Below are positions 44,315-56,178 of a stretch of DNA of 64,000 bases, one piece after another. Positions within the stretch are counted from its first letter, which is position 1, and each line of letters starts with the position of its first letter. The DNA is taken from contig CM119271.1 of NCBI GenBank assembly GCA_051294375.1, positions 13,640,372-13,704,371 on the forward strand, given 5' to 3'. The notes below the pieces were generated by a model, which was not told the DNA's origin, did no database searches, and was given only the letters and a program-made list of their open reading frames with translations. The position numbers and the translations under genes are program-made. Source of the DNA: Paraspadella gotoi (taxonomy: Eukaryota; Animalia; Chaetognatha).

Positions 44315-46983
44315 CCACTGCTCCATCACGGACATTCATGTGGACGCGGTGGTGGCGGTGGACACGAGCAATTCTGTGAACTGGGACGACTACGGTTTGG
44401 GGATGAAGTTTGTGGGAAGATTCATCGATTATCTTGGAAAGGTATGAATAAAAAATAAATAAATATATAATGAATATATAATTATGAAAAAATAGGAGAA
44501 AAAAATTCTTAAATAAACAAATATTGATTAAAATTTTTTTTTCCTCCTCTCTTTATTTTTCTCCAAATGGAAAATATTTATTTTTGATTATCAACTAATT
44601 AATTAATTAATTAATCAATTAATTATTTTATTTATTTATTTATTTATTTATTTATTAATTAATTAATTATTAATAATTATTTTAAAAGTATTTATTTTGA
44701 TATTTTACTAGTCATTCTTCGAAATCTTCTCTTTAAAAAAAAAAAGAAAGTATTTTAGTAAAAGAGAAACCGACTGGCCCTCCCAACTTCTTAAACCAAG
44801 CACGCCAACCGCACACGTTTCGGGATGTTCCAATACTCCGACAAAATCCAAACGGACATTCCTTNNNNNNNNNNTATTTTGATATTTTACCAGTCATTCT
44901 TCGAAATCTTCTCTTTAAAAAAAAAAGAAAGTATTTTAGTAAAAGAGAAACCGACGGCCCTCCCAACTTCTCAAACCAAGCACGCCAACGGCACGCGTTT
45001 CGGGATGTTCCANNNNNNNNNNNNNNNNNNNNNNNNNNNNNNNNNNNNNNNNNNNNNNNNNNNNNNNNNNNNNNNNNNNNNNNNNNNNNNNNNNNNNNNN
45101 NNNNNNNNNNNNNNNNNNNNNNNNNNNNNNNNNNNNNNNNNNNNNNNNNNNNNNNNNNNNNNNNNNNNNNNNNNNNNNNNNNNNNNNNNNNNNNNNNNNN
45201 NNNNNNNNNNNNNNNNNNNNNNNNNNNNNNNNNNNNNNNNNNNNNNNNNNNNNNNNNNNNNNNNNNNNNNNNNTTTTTTATTTTTAGGATGTGGGAAGAT
45301 AGAAGGGGGTCAAATAGAAGGGGGTCAAATAGGTATACTAGATGTTTGGACTTGAAGGGGTTATATTTTTTTTTTAAATTATCCCATTTCTGATTTCAGC
45401 TTCAATTCATGATTTTAATTTTAAGGTAAGGTGGAATAAAATCCACCAACCGTTCATCAGCGGGCGTTGGTGCAGTAGGCAAGTCATTCGCCTCCCAACC
45501 CAAAGGTCCGGGGTTCTAGCCCGGTGGTCGCCAAGCAGTTAAGAGGGACGGGGCGCTTAACCCGCCTGTAACTCGGTGTTACAGACTGATCCGAAGCTCA
45601 GGGACTCCTTTATATTGAACGGTTTTGTTATTAACTCATAACAATTATTACTGTCTTTTCAAAGATTAAGTTAATAATAGAATTGGTTAAAGATTAAGGT
45701 TAGCAATTTGCAGTTAACCATTTTAAGGTTAGGGGGAAAACTTATTAATTTTAGGTTAGAGATTAGGAATTAAGATTATGTATTAGGTGAGGGTTAGGTT
45801 AGGGTTAGTTAATGGGATTAGAGTTTCGGGATAAGGAACTGAAATGAGGCGCTTTCGAAAAAATAGTGCTCAAATTTTGATGATTTTCAAAAAAAAAAAA
45901 CTTAATCGTGTATGAAAAGTTTCTTTCATTCATTTACAGATTTTATTTAGCTCTATTTAGAATCTATTCATTTAAATATTTTACTTAAAAAGTAATCCCA
46001 TTCATCCTCGTTCCCCACCCCCGATTGACCACCCGCAAAGACCCACTAACCACGACCGACCGACCAAGACCGCCGCTATCCGCCTCGGCTTCGTCATCAC
46101 CGACGGTGAGAGTCACCAGAAGGCGGTCGCCGCCGCCGCCGCCGCTCTCGTCGCCGCCAACGTCTCCGTCTATGGAATCGGCGTCGGCGGCGTCAATTTG
46201 ACCGAGTTGACGGTCGTCGCTGGAGGGAACGAGAATAATACGTTTTACGCCAAGAATTACGGGGAACTGAGAGAGATAGAGCGGGTACGGATTGATTGAT
46301 TGATTGATTGGTTGGTTGAATGGTTGGTTGGTTGGTAGGTTTATTGGTTTGATTGATGGAATGAGTGATTGGATGGTTAATTGTTTGGTTGATTGATTGG
46401 ATCATTGATTGGTTTACTGGTAGGTTGGTTGATTGGTTTGATTGATTGATTGATTGGTTGCTTGATCGATTTGATTTATCGATTGATTTATTAATTCATT
46501 TATTTATTCATTTATTTAGAGAAGTCAGGGTTTGGAATCGTATTAATATAGCGATATTTTTTATTTATTTATTTATTTATTTCGGATTAGGATTTATTTA
46601 TTCATTTAATTCATTAAATTTTTTTTCTTTATTTACTTTTTTTTTAATTAATATATTGATTATTATGATTGACTAATAAATCGATTGAATGAAATGAATG
46701 TTCATTGATTGATTGATTGATTGCTTTCTTGAGAAATTGATTCATTCATAAATTAACTGTCTTCGTGATTGATTGATTGAGTAATTAATTAATTTACTAA
46801 ATTATTTATTATTCCAACTACTGATTGATTGATCTATTTACCCTCTCAGCGATTCCACCAACGCGTCTGCAAAGAGATTATGGACTCGAATCGATTCGTG
46901 GAAATCGCGAAAATCTCCGGCGGCGTTTTGGTCGCTATCATCGCAGCCATCCTCGTGGGGATGTTTATTCTTTATCGGGCGCA

Positions 46984-47058
<75 letters not shown>

Positions 47059-47192
47059 GCGTAAAAGATTGGCAATGAGGCAGACAGTCCAACATATATC
47101 ATTGGTCGTACTAATTTCAATGAAGAGAATGATAACACATCTTCAGATAAAACAGAATACATACTGTTTAGTTTTATAACGAAGCATAACCC

Positions 47193-47244
<52 letters not shown>

Positions 47245-47279
47245 GTGACTCGAAACAAAATAAACAACTGCTCTTGTAT

Positions 47280-47327
<48 letters not shown>

Positions 47328-47485
47328 AGTCCCTGATTCGCAGCAAGCTCGAACTGGCGCGACTCCAGGCGGCGGAAGAAGCGATCAAGAAATCGTCGTC
47401 CGACGTCAACCCAATGTACAAGACGCCCCTGACTAAAATCAATCCTGGCGCGCTCGGCGTCGCTTTGAACGGCGCCCAGGAGTGA
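44172..47485 (+). CDS. Single-VWA (MIDAS) type I membrane protein with an integrin-beta-like cytoplasmic tail
   Basis: Exons: 44172-44441 (signal peptide, poly-Gly, C..VVAVDTSNS); 44981 into the gap (HANGTRFGMF; the duplicate at 44801-44864 continues QYSDKIQTDIP); ~46041-46284 (FVITDGES..VYGIGVG); 46850-46984 (C, TM); 47330-47485 (..NPMYKTPLTKINPG..*). AATAAA at 47695. Confidence 0.85.
45447..45625 (+). mobile_element. tRNA(Gly-like)-derived SINE-like element with ~10-bp terminal inverted repeats
   Basis: A box TGGTGCAGTAGG, CTCCCAA loop, B box GGTTCTAGCCC; ends CAACCGTTCA...TGAACGGTT; second copy at 37726. Confidence 0.7.
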
Positions 47486-48113
47486 CGCCGGCGTGGAGGG
47501 GTGTGGAGCGACCGACGCCTTGAAATTTGAATGACGAGATGGCGTGGTCGGCGTCATCGTATTGACGCTGCGAAGAGACAAGAAGATTGTAATCTTAATT
47601 AGTATAATTTTATTTTTTTTTGTAAAGCGTTAACACTTTTTCCTTGTACTAAAAGTTTGGTTGTTTTTTTTGTCTCAAAATACGTTAATAACTGAATAAA
47701 TATTCCATGAAATAAGTTGCAATCAGACACAGAATTAATAAAAATGTTTTACGAAAAAAAAATTAAAAAAAAAAGCGAGAGCCTCAACTTGCCTGAATTC
47801 GCCTGGCAGCGAAACGGGCTAAACGTCCATCACAGATTTGAACAAAAAAATTGTTCACTTGGAAGTTTTAGAATCTCTCTCTGTCTCTCTGACTCTCTCT
47901 CTATCTCTCTTTTTTTCTCTCTTTCTCTCTCTCCGACCGCCCGCCCGTCCGCCCGTCCGCCCGTCCGCCCGTCCGTCCGTCCGTCCGTCCGTCCGTCCGT
48001 CCGTCCTTCCGTCCTTCCGTCCGTCCGTCCGTCCGGTCAACGAATTTAGTCCGCATTTCATTGATTAAAACAATTTCGTCGGAATTTATGATGCGATTTG
48101 CATTTCGATGCCG

Positions 48114-48114
<1 letters not shown>

Positions 48115-48154
<40 letters not shown>

Positions 48155-48207
48155 GAGAGAGAGGGATATACAGAGCAGTTGTTTATTTTGTTTGAGTCAA
48201 TTAGAGA

Positions 48208-48248
<41 letters not shown>

Positions 48249-48297
48249 CTATCAACGCAGTTTGTTATTTTGTTTCGAGTATATAGAGAAGAGGAGA

Positions 48298-48345
<48 letters not shown>

Positions 48346-48436
48346 GAGAGAGAAAGAAAGAGCAGACGAGAGAGGAATATACAAGACAGCAGTTGTTAAT
48401 CTTGGGTTTCGGTCACTATTGAGAGAGGGAGAGAGC

Positions 48437-48481
<45 letters not shown>

Positions 48482-48681
48482 AAGAGACGAGAGAGAGAGG
48501 AAATATACAAGAGCAGGTTGTTAATTTTGTTCGGGAGTCACATTGAGAGAGGGAGAGAGAAAAAAAAAGAGATAGAGGAGAGAGAGAGGAGAGAGAGACG
48601 AGAGAAAGAAAGAGAGACGAGAGAGAGAGAGGATATACAAGACAGTTGTTAATACTTGTTTCGAGTCACATTGAGAAGAGG

Positions 48682-48720
<39 letters not shown>

Positions 48721-48920
48721 CAGAGAGGAGAAAGAAAGAGACAGAGAGAGAGAGGAACAAGAGCAGTTGTTAATTTTGTTTCGAGTGCTACATTGGAGAG
48801 AGGGAGAGAGAGAGAGATAGGAGAGTAGAGAGAGGAGAGAAAGAAAGAGACAGAGAGAGAGAGGATATACAAGAGCACTTGTTATTTTGTTTCGAGTCCA
48901 CATTTGAGAGAGGGAGAGAC

Positions 48921-48969
<49 letters not shown>

Positions 48970-49059
48970 AGAGACAGAGAGAGAGAGGATAATAACAAGA
49001 GCAGTTGTTAATTTTGTTTCGAGTCAACATTGAGAGAGGGAGAGAGAGAGAGATAGAGG

Positions 49060-49090
<31 letters not shown>

Positions 49091-49170
49091 AAGAAGAGAC
49101 AGAGAGAGAGAGGATATACAAGAGCAGTTGTTAATTTTGGTTTCGAGTCACACATTGAGAGAGAGAGAGA
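48115..49170. repeat. Composite satellite: ~45-bp core alternating with (GA)n
   Basis: ggatatacaagagcagttgttaattttgtttcgagtcacattg about 9 times; inverted copy at 47238-47285. Confidence 0.8.
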
Positions 49171-49292
49171 GAGAGATGAGAGAAAGAGGGGGAGAGAAGA
49201 GAAGCAGAATACAGAACAGAGAACAGAGAGAGAGAAAGATTACAGACTGGCAGGCAGAAAGCTCCGATCCATGGAGGGAGAGAGAGAAAGCG

Positions 49293-49349
<57 letters not shown>

Positions 49350-50267
49350 NNNNNNNNNNNNNNNNNNNNNNNNNGAGAGAGAGAGAGAGAGAGAGAATAG
49401 TTGACAAAGGAAAGTTGAGAAGTCGAGAGAGAAGATGAATTTCAACTAAAACCGACGAGGACTTCAACGAACAAGATGACAACAACGACGACGACGACGA
49501 AGATGACGACGACGAAGATGACGACTACAACAACGACGACGACCAAGATGACGACTACAACAACGACGAAGATGACGACGACCGAATTAAAATTCGGACG
49601 ATATTATTTTTAATCGCGTTTTAAACGACGTTTAAATTTTAAGAATATTTTTTCCATTTTTATTAATATTCCTCGAGAAAAGAATGAAAAAAAAAAGCCG
49701 GTAGTAATTTTTACGAAAAAAAAATACATTTTTTTTCATTTTCTGTAAAATTTTTACATCCTTATATTTCGCCTCGTTCTCACTTCAGGGTGAAATTTTT
49801 ATCGCGTTTTTCATTAATCTCCACTTTCCTTTTTGTACTTTTTTTAATATCAGAATGTGCTTCAGATTACATTTCTGTTACACATTTTCAGTTAATTTAT
49901 TATTTTAATAATAGTATAATTTTATACATATATTTAATTTTCTATCTATCTTTTCCGTTTTCTTTTCATTAACGTTTTCATCTTTTTTTTCCTTCTCACT
50001 TTTTCACATTTTTCATCACATTTTTCTCTTCTCTTTTTTTTTCATTATCACTTATAGTTTTTATTCTTTTATGAAGAGAGAGAGAAAAAATGAGATTTTT
50101 AAATCGAGGGTCAGCATTTTTCCCTTCGTTCTTCGCCGCCAGCCGCCAGCCGCAGCCACGCCGTCGCCGCGGCGCTCCCGCCAACTTCTATAGCATCGCA
50201 TTCATTCATTGATATTCCGAGCGAAAGAAAGGAATTTTCTTTCAACAGCTGGACGAAGGGAGATTAC

Positions 50268-50334
<67 letters not shown>

Positions 50335-50498
50335 TTAATTTTAAAACCAAAAGGTGGCGCGCGCGAGCGGGAATGGGGGGGGGGGAGATAAGAACATAAA
50401 TACAGGATGACGAATTTTATTTTGAATCTGAGAATTTATTTAAATCGATGAGGAATGGAACAGTTAACAATTTTGAAAAAGGAGCTTTGTTAATTTCT

Positions 50499-50553
<55 letters not shown>

Positions 50554-50758
50554 CTCTCTCTCTCCCTCTCTCACTCTCTCTCTCTCTCTCTCTCGCTTCG
50601 ATTACAAAATTACAGCACTATGCTTAAAAATTATACATTTAAAAAAATATATATTATCAGGAAAAAAATAAATTTAAGTTTTATTGAGGTGATCAAATAC
50701 CATAAAAATTAACAATACAGAGCGAATTTAAAAAGATTCAGTGTCCACTATCCACCGT

Positions 50759-51143
50759 TCAGCTTTCAAGTTCAACTATTTTTTTCCCGCCTTTTTTTCG
50801 CCTCAAAGATTCGATTAAAATCTCCCGCCATTTCTCTCTCTCCAAATATTTCTTCACATCGATTTCCCCCTTACTTCCCGCGAATTTTCTCAAAATCCGC
50901 AGCAAGAAGAAGTTGCTTCAAATGCGGCAGGCTGTGAAAGAGTTGCATATGCGGCATGTCGTACCAGTCTGGCGAATTGCATCCAATACAATTCAGCTTC
51001 GGCGTCTTCGTGCATGTCGACGTTCGGGCTGTAAGGGTGGGGGCTGAGAGCAGCCTCTTCGCTTGGCCTCACGGCCGCTTCGAGCTTGGGAGTATTTACG
51101 CAGTAAGGTCGACTTACCATCGTTCTGTCCCAACCCATTCCGA
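50759..51143 (-). CDS. STELLO-like glycosyltransferase fusion, last exon (apparent indels)
   Basis: ttccag| VGMGWDRTMVSRPYC..HPYSPN..YWMQFA. A shifted frame then continues DWYDMPHMQLFHS..ADFEKI, with a second shift near 50870. Confidence 0.65.
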
Positions 51144-51284
51144 CTGGAAAGGAAGCGGATTTGAATTTGGTTTTATTATTTTATATATAATATTGTATTT
51201 TTATCTTTGTATCTCATCTTATTGGTTGTTTAATTAAACTATATGACAATTGTATAAATAATTTTTTATTAGTTAGTTTGTAGT

Positions 51285-51561
51285 CGGCAAATGCAGAAGT
51301 TCACCCCGCCTATAAGCAATTAAGCATGACACCTCCAGTCGTGACCCCGTGGCTCATTGAGTAAAGCCATGAGCTCATGACCACTAGGTACCGGGTTTTA
51401 TATGCCAACCCGGTACTTACCCTGCAGGACGGCCGTAAGCCTTCTTGGGGGCATGGAAAACCCTCAAGCCGGGTTCCAAACCCAGGACCCGTTCCATAGC
51501 TGCTGCGGGGGCATTGAAGTTACGGATAGTTGTCTTCAGCCCACATAGCGCCTTATCCACA
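51285..51561 (+). mobile_element. Dispersed GC-rich SINE-like repeat
   Basis: gttcaccccgcc...ccgttccat(a/g)gctgct...ccttatccaca; copies at 53572-53792, 21742-21820 and 20181-20420 (minus). Confidence 0.7.
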
Positions 51562-51711
51562 AGTTATTATTTCACGCTTAAAGATATGGCATCCTATGAT
51601 TCCTATCAATATTACTGACATTATTAGTTTATTAATTTATGAGTTATATTGTTTGTAATAAATAAATAAAATACTATTCATAACAATATTAATTAAAAAC
51701 CAAAATCAAAC

Positions 51712-53172
51712 CCGCGGATTCCTGCCCAGGTTTGACAAACACGTGATCGTAGAAAAACCGTGGCGATGGAAAAAATATGGGAATGCCGACCGAGTAGAAT
51801 TCACAAAGACGAAAAGTGAATGTAGAGTAGGGAATGTATACGGCGGCTTTGTACTGTGACAACGACTCGAGTTTAAATTCACGGGTCACGTGAGAATCTT
51901 TCACGTAGCGCGTTTCCACTTCAGGCCTCAAATAAGATTCCACGTTTCGTGAAAAGTTGCTTTGATACGAATGAAACGTAAATATCAGCACCGTATCTTT
52001 CGTAGCCTTAAATTCGATATTCGGCAAATGGTAACCGTTATATGTTGGTACCAATGGCGCGTTCAAGCCCGTATAATACCTCATGTATTCTAAATCGTAT
52101 CTGTTCGAACTGCCGATAAAGTTTTCTTTATTTTTCGACCAATTTATGATTTGTTTATCGAAAGATTTCCATTCCTTCGCAGTGCAGCGGCCAACGTTGT
52201 AACGATGTATCGGTATAACGACGATGGACCGGTTAAACGGAGCGAATAAAAGACACATAGAAGCGGGAAAGGCGCAAATGAAAACGTCTACATTTTTTAT
52301 CAAGGGGTGATCTTTGTAAAATTCGTAATTGTCCTTTGCCCAATTCGTTCCTTGTCGAGTACTGTGCGCGGCGTAAGATTTGAGCGGCGGAGAAACTTCG
52401 TCTATCACAGACACTCCGGGAAATTTGTTGACACGAGGATAAAATTTTATTTTCCCTTGCGAACCCATCAATAAAATGTTGCTGCCCATGGCTGACACTG
52501 TCGATGCCAACCAAATTCGGGTGCCATGGTGATGATCTGCCACTGCGAATGTGAGATTTTTGTGAAGAGAAATCCGTTTTGATAATTTGGATTTCAGAAA
52601 AAGCGAAGCTTTATGTTTCAGAGTTTCTCCGGAGTTTAGTAAATTTTCGATCAAATCTTGGTTCGTTTTAACACATGAGAACTTTTCATATCCTGGAAAT
52701 CGATAACCGAGAGATAAAAGCGATTTTATCCACATTTGTATCAAGTAAATATCTTCTATTTCAACAAAACCGCGTTCGTACAAATCAACCCAAAGTAACT
52801 CCAGTTGCTCGATAAAATCTTTCCCATCGTTTTTCCATTTTCTCAAATAACTTTCGACGATCAGTTTGACCAAAGCGGAACTCTGTTCGTGCAATTGCTT
52901 TTCGGCTTCCAAATGGTCAGAATCATTGGTCGCATTTATCTCTCGCACAACCAAGGGTCTCGGCAATATTCCCAGAGATAATCCCAGTCTAGGAAAGAGA
53001 GCTTGGGCGGCGTAAGCTCGCCATATGTCCGACACGCGATCGGACACCGTCGCGGGAAGATACAAGGACCAAAACGCGTCGTAAAAGTGAAGTGTAGCTT
53101 GAGCGTTGAAGGGTGTTGCGAGCTTAGATGGGACACGAATAACGGGTTTCGGTTTGAAAGCTTTTTTGGCAT
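51712..53172 (-). CDS. STELLO/DUF288 C-terminal part plus a second GT-like domain, large exon
   Basis: PFNAQATL..LYLPATVSDRVSDIWRAY..LWVDLYERGFVEIEDI..W (STELLO), then VDVFICAFPASMC..HRYNVGRC..AAVYIPYS..EFYSVGIPIFFPS; phase-1 splice sites at both ends. Confidence 0.85.
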
Positions 53173-53207
53173 CTAGAATAATGATATAAAAAAACAATAA
53201 TCGTGGT

Positions 53208-53500
53208 AGCGCGAGGTATCTCAGCAACTGACGTAAGGGTTGCGGACCCTCAGTGACCGCCTCCTGTTACTGGCATGTTTAGACCGGCTCCGTCACGTAT
53301 AAGACAGAACCGGGATACCCAGGGATTGAACCCGGTATGGCAACGGGAGGATAGCCTGTGATACCCGGGGCGTGGGGTATCTCACCAACTGGCGTAGGGG
53401 CTGCGGACCCTCAGTGACCGCCTCCTGTCACTGGCATGTTTATACCGGCACCGTCACATTTAAGCCAGAACCGGGATACCCAGGGATTGAACCCGGGACG
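53208..53500 (-). mobile_element. Two tandem copies of a tRNA-related SINE-like repeat
   Basis: ~160-bp direct repeat; the minus strand carries a B box, CCGGGTTCAATCCC. Confidence 0.6.
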
Positions 53501-53883
53501 CACGGATGGAATGAGATGATTTAGACATTGAGACGAGGCTAAGGACGGACGGACGGCTGTTTTAAGTCGTCTGACATGTCGTCGGGCATTTCATAGGTTC
53601 ACCCCGCCTTCAGTCGTGACCCGGTGGCTCATGACCGCTATGTACCGGGTTCAATCCCAACCCGGTCTCTACCCTGCGGGAAGCGTGAGGATGGCCGTAA
53701 AGTTCCTTGGAGGCCTGGAAAACCCCCAAACCTGGTTCCAAGCCCAGGACGCGTTCCATGGCTGCTAGAGGGCGTTATAGCTCCTTATCCACATACATCG
53801 ATTAGGTTTCAACTGTATTATTTAATAATAATAGCTTTTTCGTACAATTTTGGTAATTTAAAAGGAAAAAGAAAAAAAATTAC

Positions 53884-54186
53884 CTGGAAAATTATTGACG
53901 CTCAAACCAACTTTTCGGTGGCGTTTGAAAAAGACTGGACTTTTTCTCGTCGATCTATAAATAGCATCGACGTCCGGTTGAAGATCTGCGACCGATTGCA
54001 AGACGCCGAATTTAACTGATTTCGGGTCATTTGTGGGTTTTAGCTCGGGATTGAAAGTAGATTTTGTTTCATTGAAAGAGAAAGGAAAGCCACGAGGCCA
54101 AATGGGATAATCGGGACCGCCCAAAACTGAGAACGGATTGAAGGCCAAAGTTTCTTCCTCGATCACTGGTTCGACGATCCCATGTT
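53884..54186 (-). CDS. STELLO/DUF288 glycosyltransferase exon
   Basis: FNPF..WPRGFP..VLQSVADLQPDVDAIYR; cacag| and |gtaatt, phase 1-1. Confidence 0.88.
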
Positions 54187-54451
54187 CTGTGAGAGAAAAA
54201 TCTTTTTTTTTTTTTTTTTTGGAAAGCAATAGCTTGGTATTAAATGTTGAAATGCTTTTACGGGTTTAATTTCGATGCTATTAGGAAATTGAAACCAAAA
54301 AATATAAAATTTGCCATAAGCTATCGTGCTGGTCGTGTTAAGATCATATTAACATAATATCAGAGGAAAACCTTAAAAGCTCTCGCGGTCTATTTAAATA
54401 TTAATATTAATGAAAATTTCTCCACCGTCGGGTCAATCCAATAATTCTTAC

Positions 54452-54710
54452 TTCCCGGGTCGCTGACATAAGTCGCGATATTTAAAGTTGGATCCGGAGA
54501 CGATCCGTTCATCCAAAATTTCAACATGTTCCTGTCGTCAAAATCCCAAATAGCTTTCGCACCGTGTGCAATTGCGAACAAGTAGCCCAAGTTTTTTCGG
54601 TCAGCGTTTTTCCAGGGCAATCGGTTGGCAAAGTCCTTTTGTATTTTCGACTGGGCTGCGTCTGACAGGAATATAATGTTTTCTCCCAGAGTTGATTCAA
54701 AAAAGTAATT
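54452..54710 (-). CDS. STELLO/DUF288 glycosyltransferase exon
   Basis: LPWKNADRKNLGYLFAIAHGAKAIWDFDDRN; tttcag| and |gtaag. Confidence 0.88.
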
Positions 54711-55060
54711 CTGAAAAAAAAAAAAAAATTTTGTAAGAATAAGTCTTTTTTTTTCTTCAAATTTCAAACAACAAAATGCTATCGTCACGATATTAATTTA
54801 TCAAACCCTAAATCAGATGTAAATTAGAATCCAAATTACGATAGTTACTTCTTTTTTTTAATGTTAAATAAATATTTATTGAACGCGCAATGCAACAGAT
54901 AAGAAAGATAAGAATCGAGAAAGAATACCAAACATCGCAGGAGTAATCAAGCCCCCAAAATCGGATCGGAGACTTGATAAAATAAGATGTAGTAAAAAAT
55001 CGATCAATCCATCATGAAAAAAGTCCTGGCGAGATAGCATCATGCAATGGTCACACTTAC

Positions 55061-55275
55061 TTTTGGCCATTGCTGGTCGCCAACGACGACGACGCACCAT
55101 TCGGTCGCGTAGAGAAACCGCCTCACGGCTTCGGTAGGTGGCGTTGAACTCGGCTTCACGACCGCCCAATTTTCACCACAATTTTCACCACAATTTTCAC
55201 CACAACTCTTCCATCTGCGCGTTTTGATATCAAAAATAATGTTCCTTTGTTTATTTGTGTTGTAATCAAGTCTAC
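55061..55275 (-). CDS. STELLO/DUF288 glycosyltransferase exon (5' boundary uncertain)
   Basis: A frame absent from the ORF track reads (CGEN)3-WAVVKPSSTPPTEAVRRFLYATEWCVVVVGDQQWPK|gtaagt, matching the STELLO W.VV....S.AV....W..VVVGD motif; phase 0 into 54710. Confidence 0.75.
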
Positions 55276-56129
55276 TTTAATGCGCATCGAGTTAAGCCCT
55301 GATTGTAACACCTGGGATTCTTTGCTTCCTCGTTAGATTAATGACAACTGGTATTTGAAAGATCGGTAATAGAAAATTTATTTCTTTCAAAAGCTTTTTT
55401 TTTTTTAAATTTTGTAAAAATTTAAGACCAATTGAAACGAACGATTTTTAAGGTATAAAATAGAAACCGCTTTTTTTGGCTATTTTAGTCTTTTTTTTTC
55501 ATCTGTCTCTTATCTGAACAATGACTTTGAAGAATGAATGAATGAATGAATTAATTAATTAATTAATTAATAATATTAAATACCTTTTCTTTGTATTTCC
55601 ATCACAATTTCTCTCTCGGTGGATTTGAGTCGAAAAAAGCAGACGATTCGTCGGAAATTCGCGAATTTTGTTGAAGGAAAAACTTTTTCCTTTTGATGAG
55701 AAATCTTCTTTCTTTTTCATGAAGTCAAATTCTTAAGATTGGAAAAAGACAGAAAATTTAGATTATTATTATCGAAAGAATAAAATTTTATGTAGGAACG
55801 ACTTTGCCTATTCCTGTATGATGCGATAACTCTTAAATTTTGTTTTATTGAACCTGGAACAAGTTGACAATTTGTCAGATTCTTTAAATAAGGACTTATA
55901 CTTTTAACTTTAGTAATAATCATTATTTATATACTATTAAATTCTCTTACGTGCTTTCCAAAAGTAGTGAGAGAGCGTGGCGATCAAACAAAAAATCCCC
56001 AGCAAAATTACGCCTCTCTTTTTCTTACAATTCCTCATACTTCTTAAAATTTTCGAAAAAATTATAAACAATTTATGGTTTTACTCTTAAATTAAAAGAT
56101 CTAAAAAAAAACTGGAGCTTGTATCTCTC

Positions 56130-56178
<49 letters not shown>

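Noticed and set aside
44700-45012. Tandem duplicated VWA exon 2 (possible mutually exclusive exons)
   Set aside because: Near-identical copies, flanking intron included, on either side of a 10-N gap; most likely uncollapsed alleles.
45460-45535. Functional tRNA-Gly(CCC) gene
   Set aside because: Stems pair poorly and it is embedded in a dispersed repeat.
48115-49170. CRISPR-like repeat/spacer periodicity (also 24186-24552)
   Set aside because: Spacers are (GA)n or identical, the context is eukaryotic and there are no cas genes.
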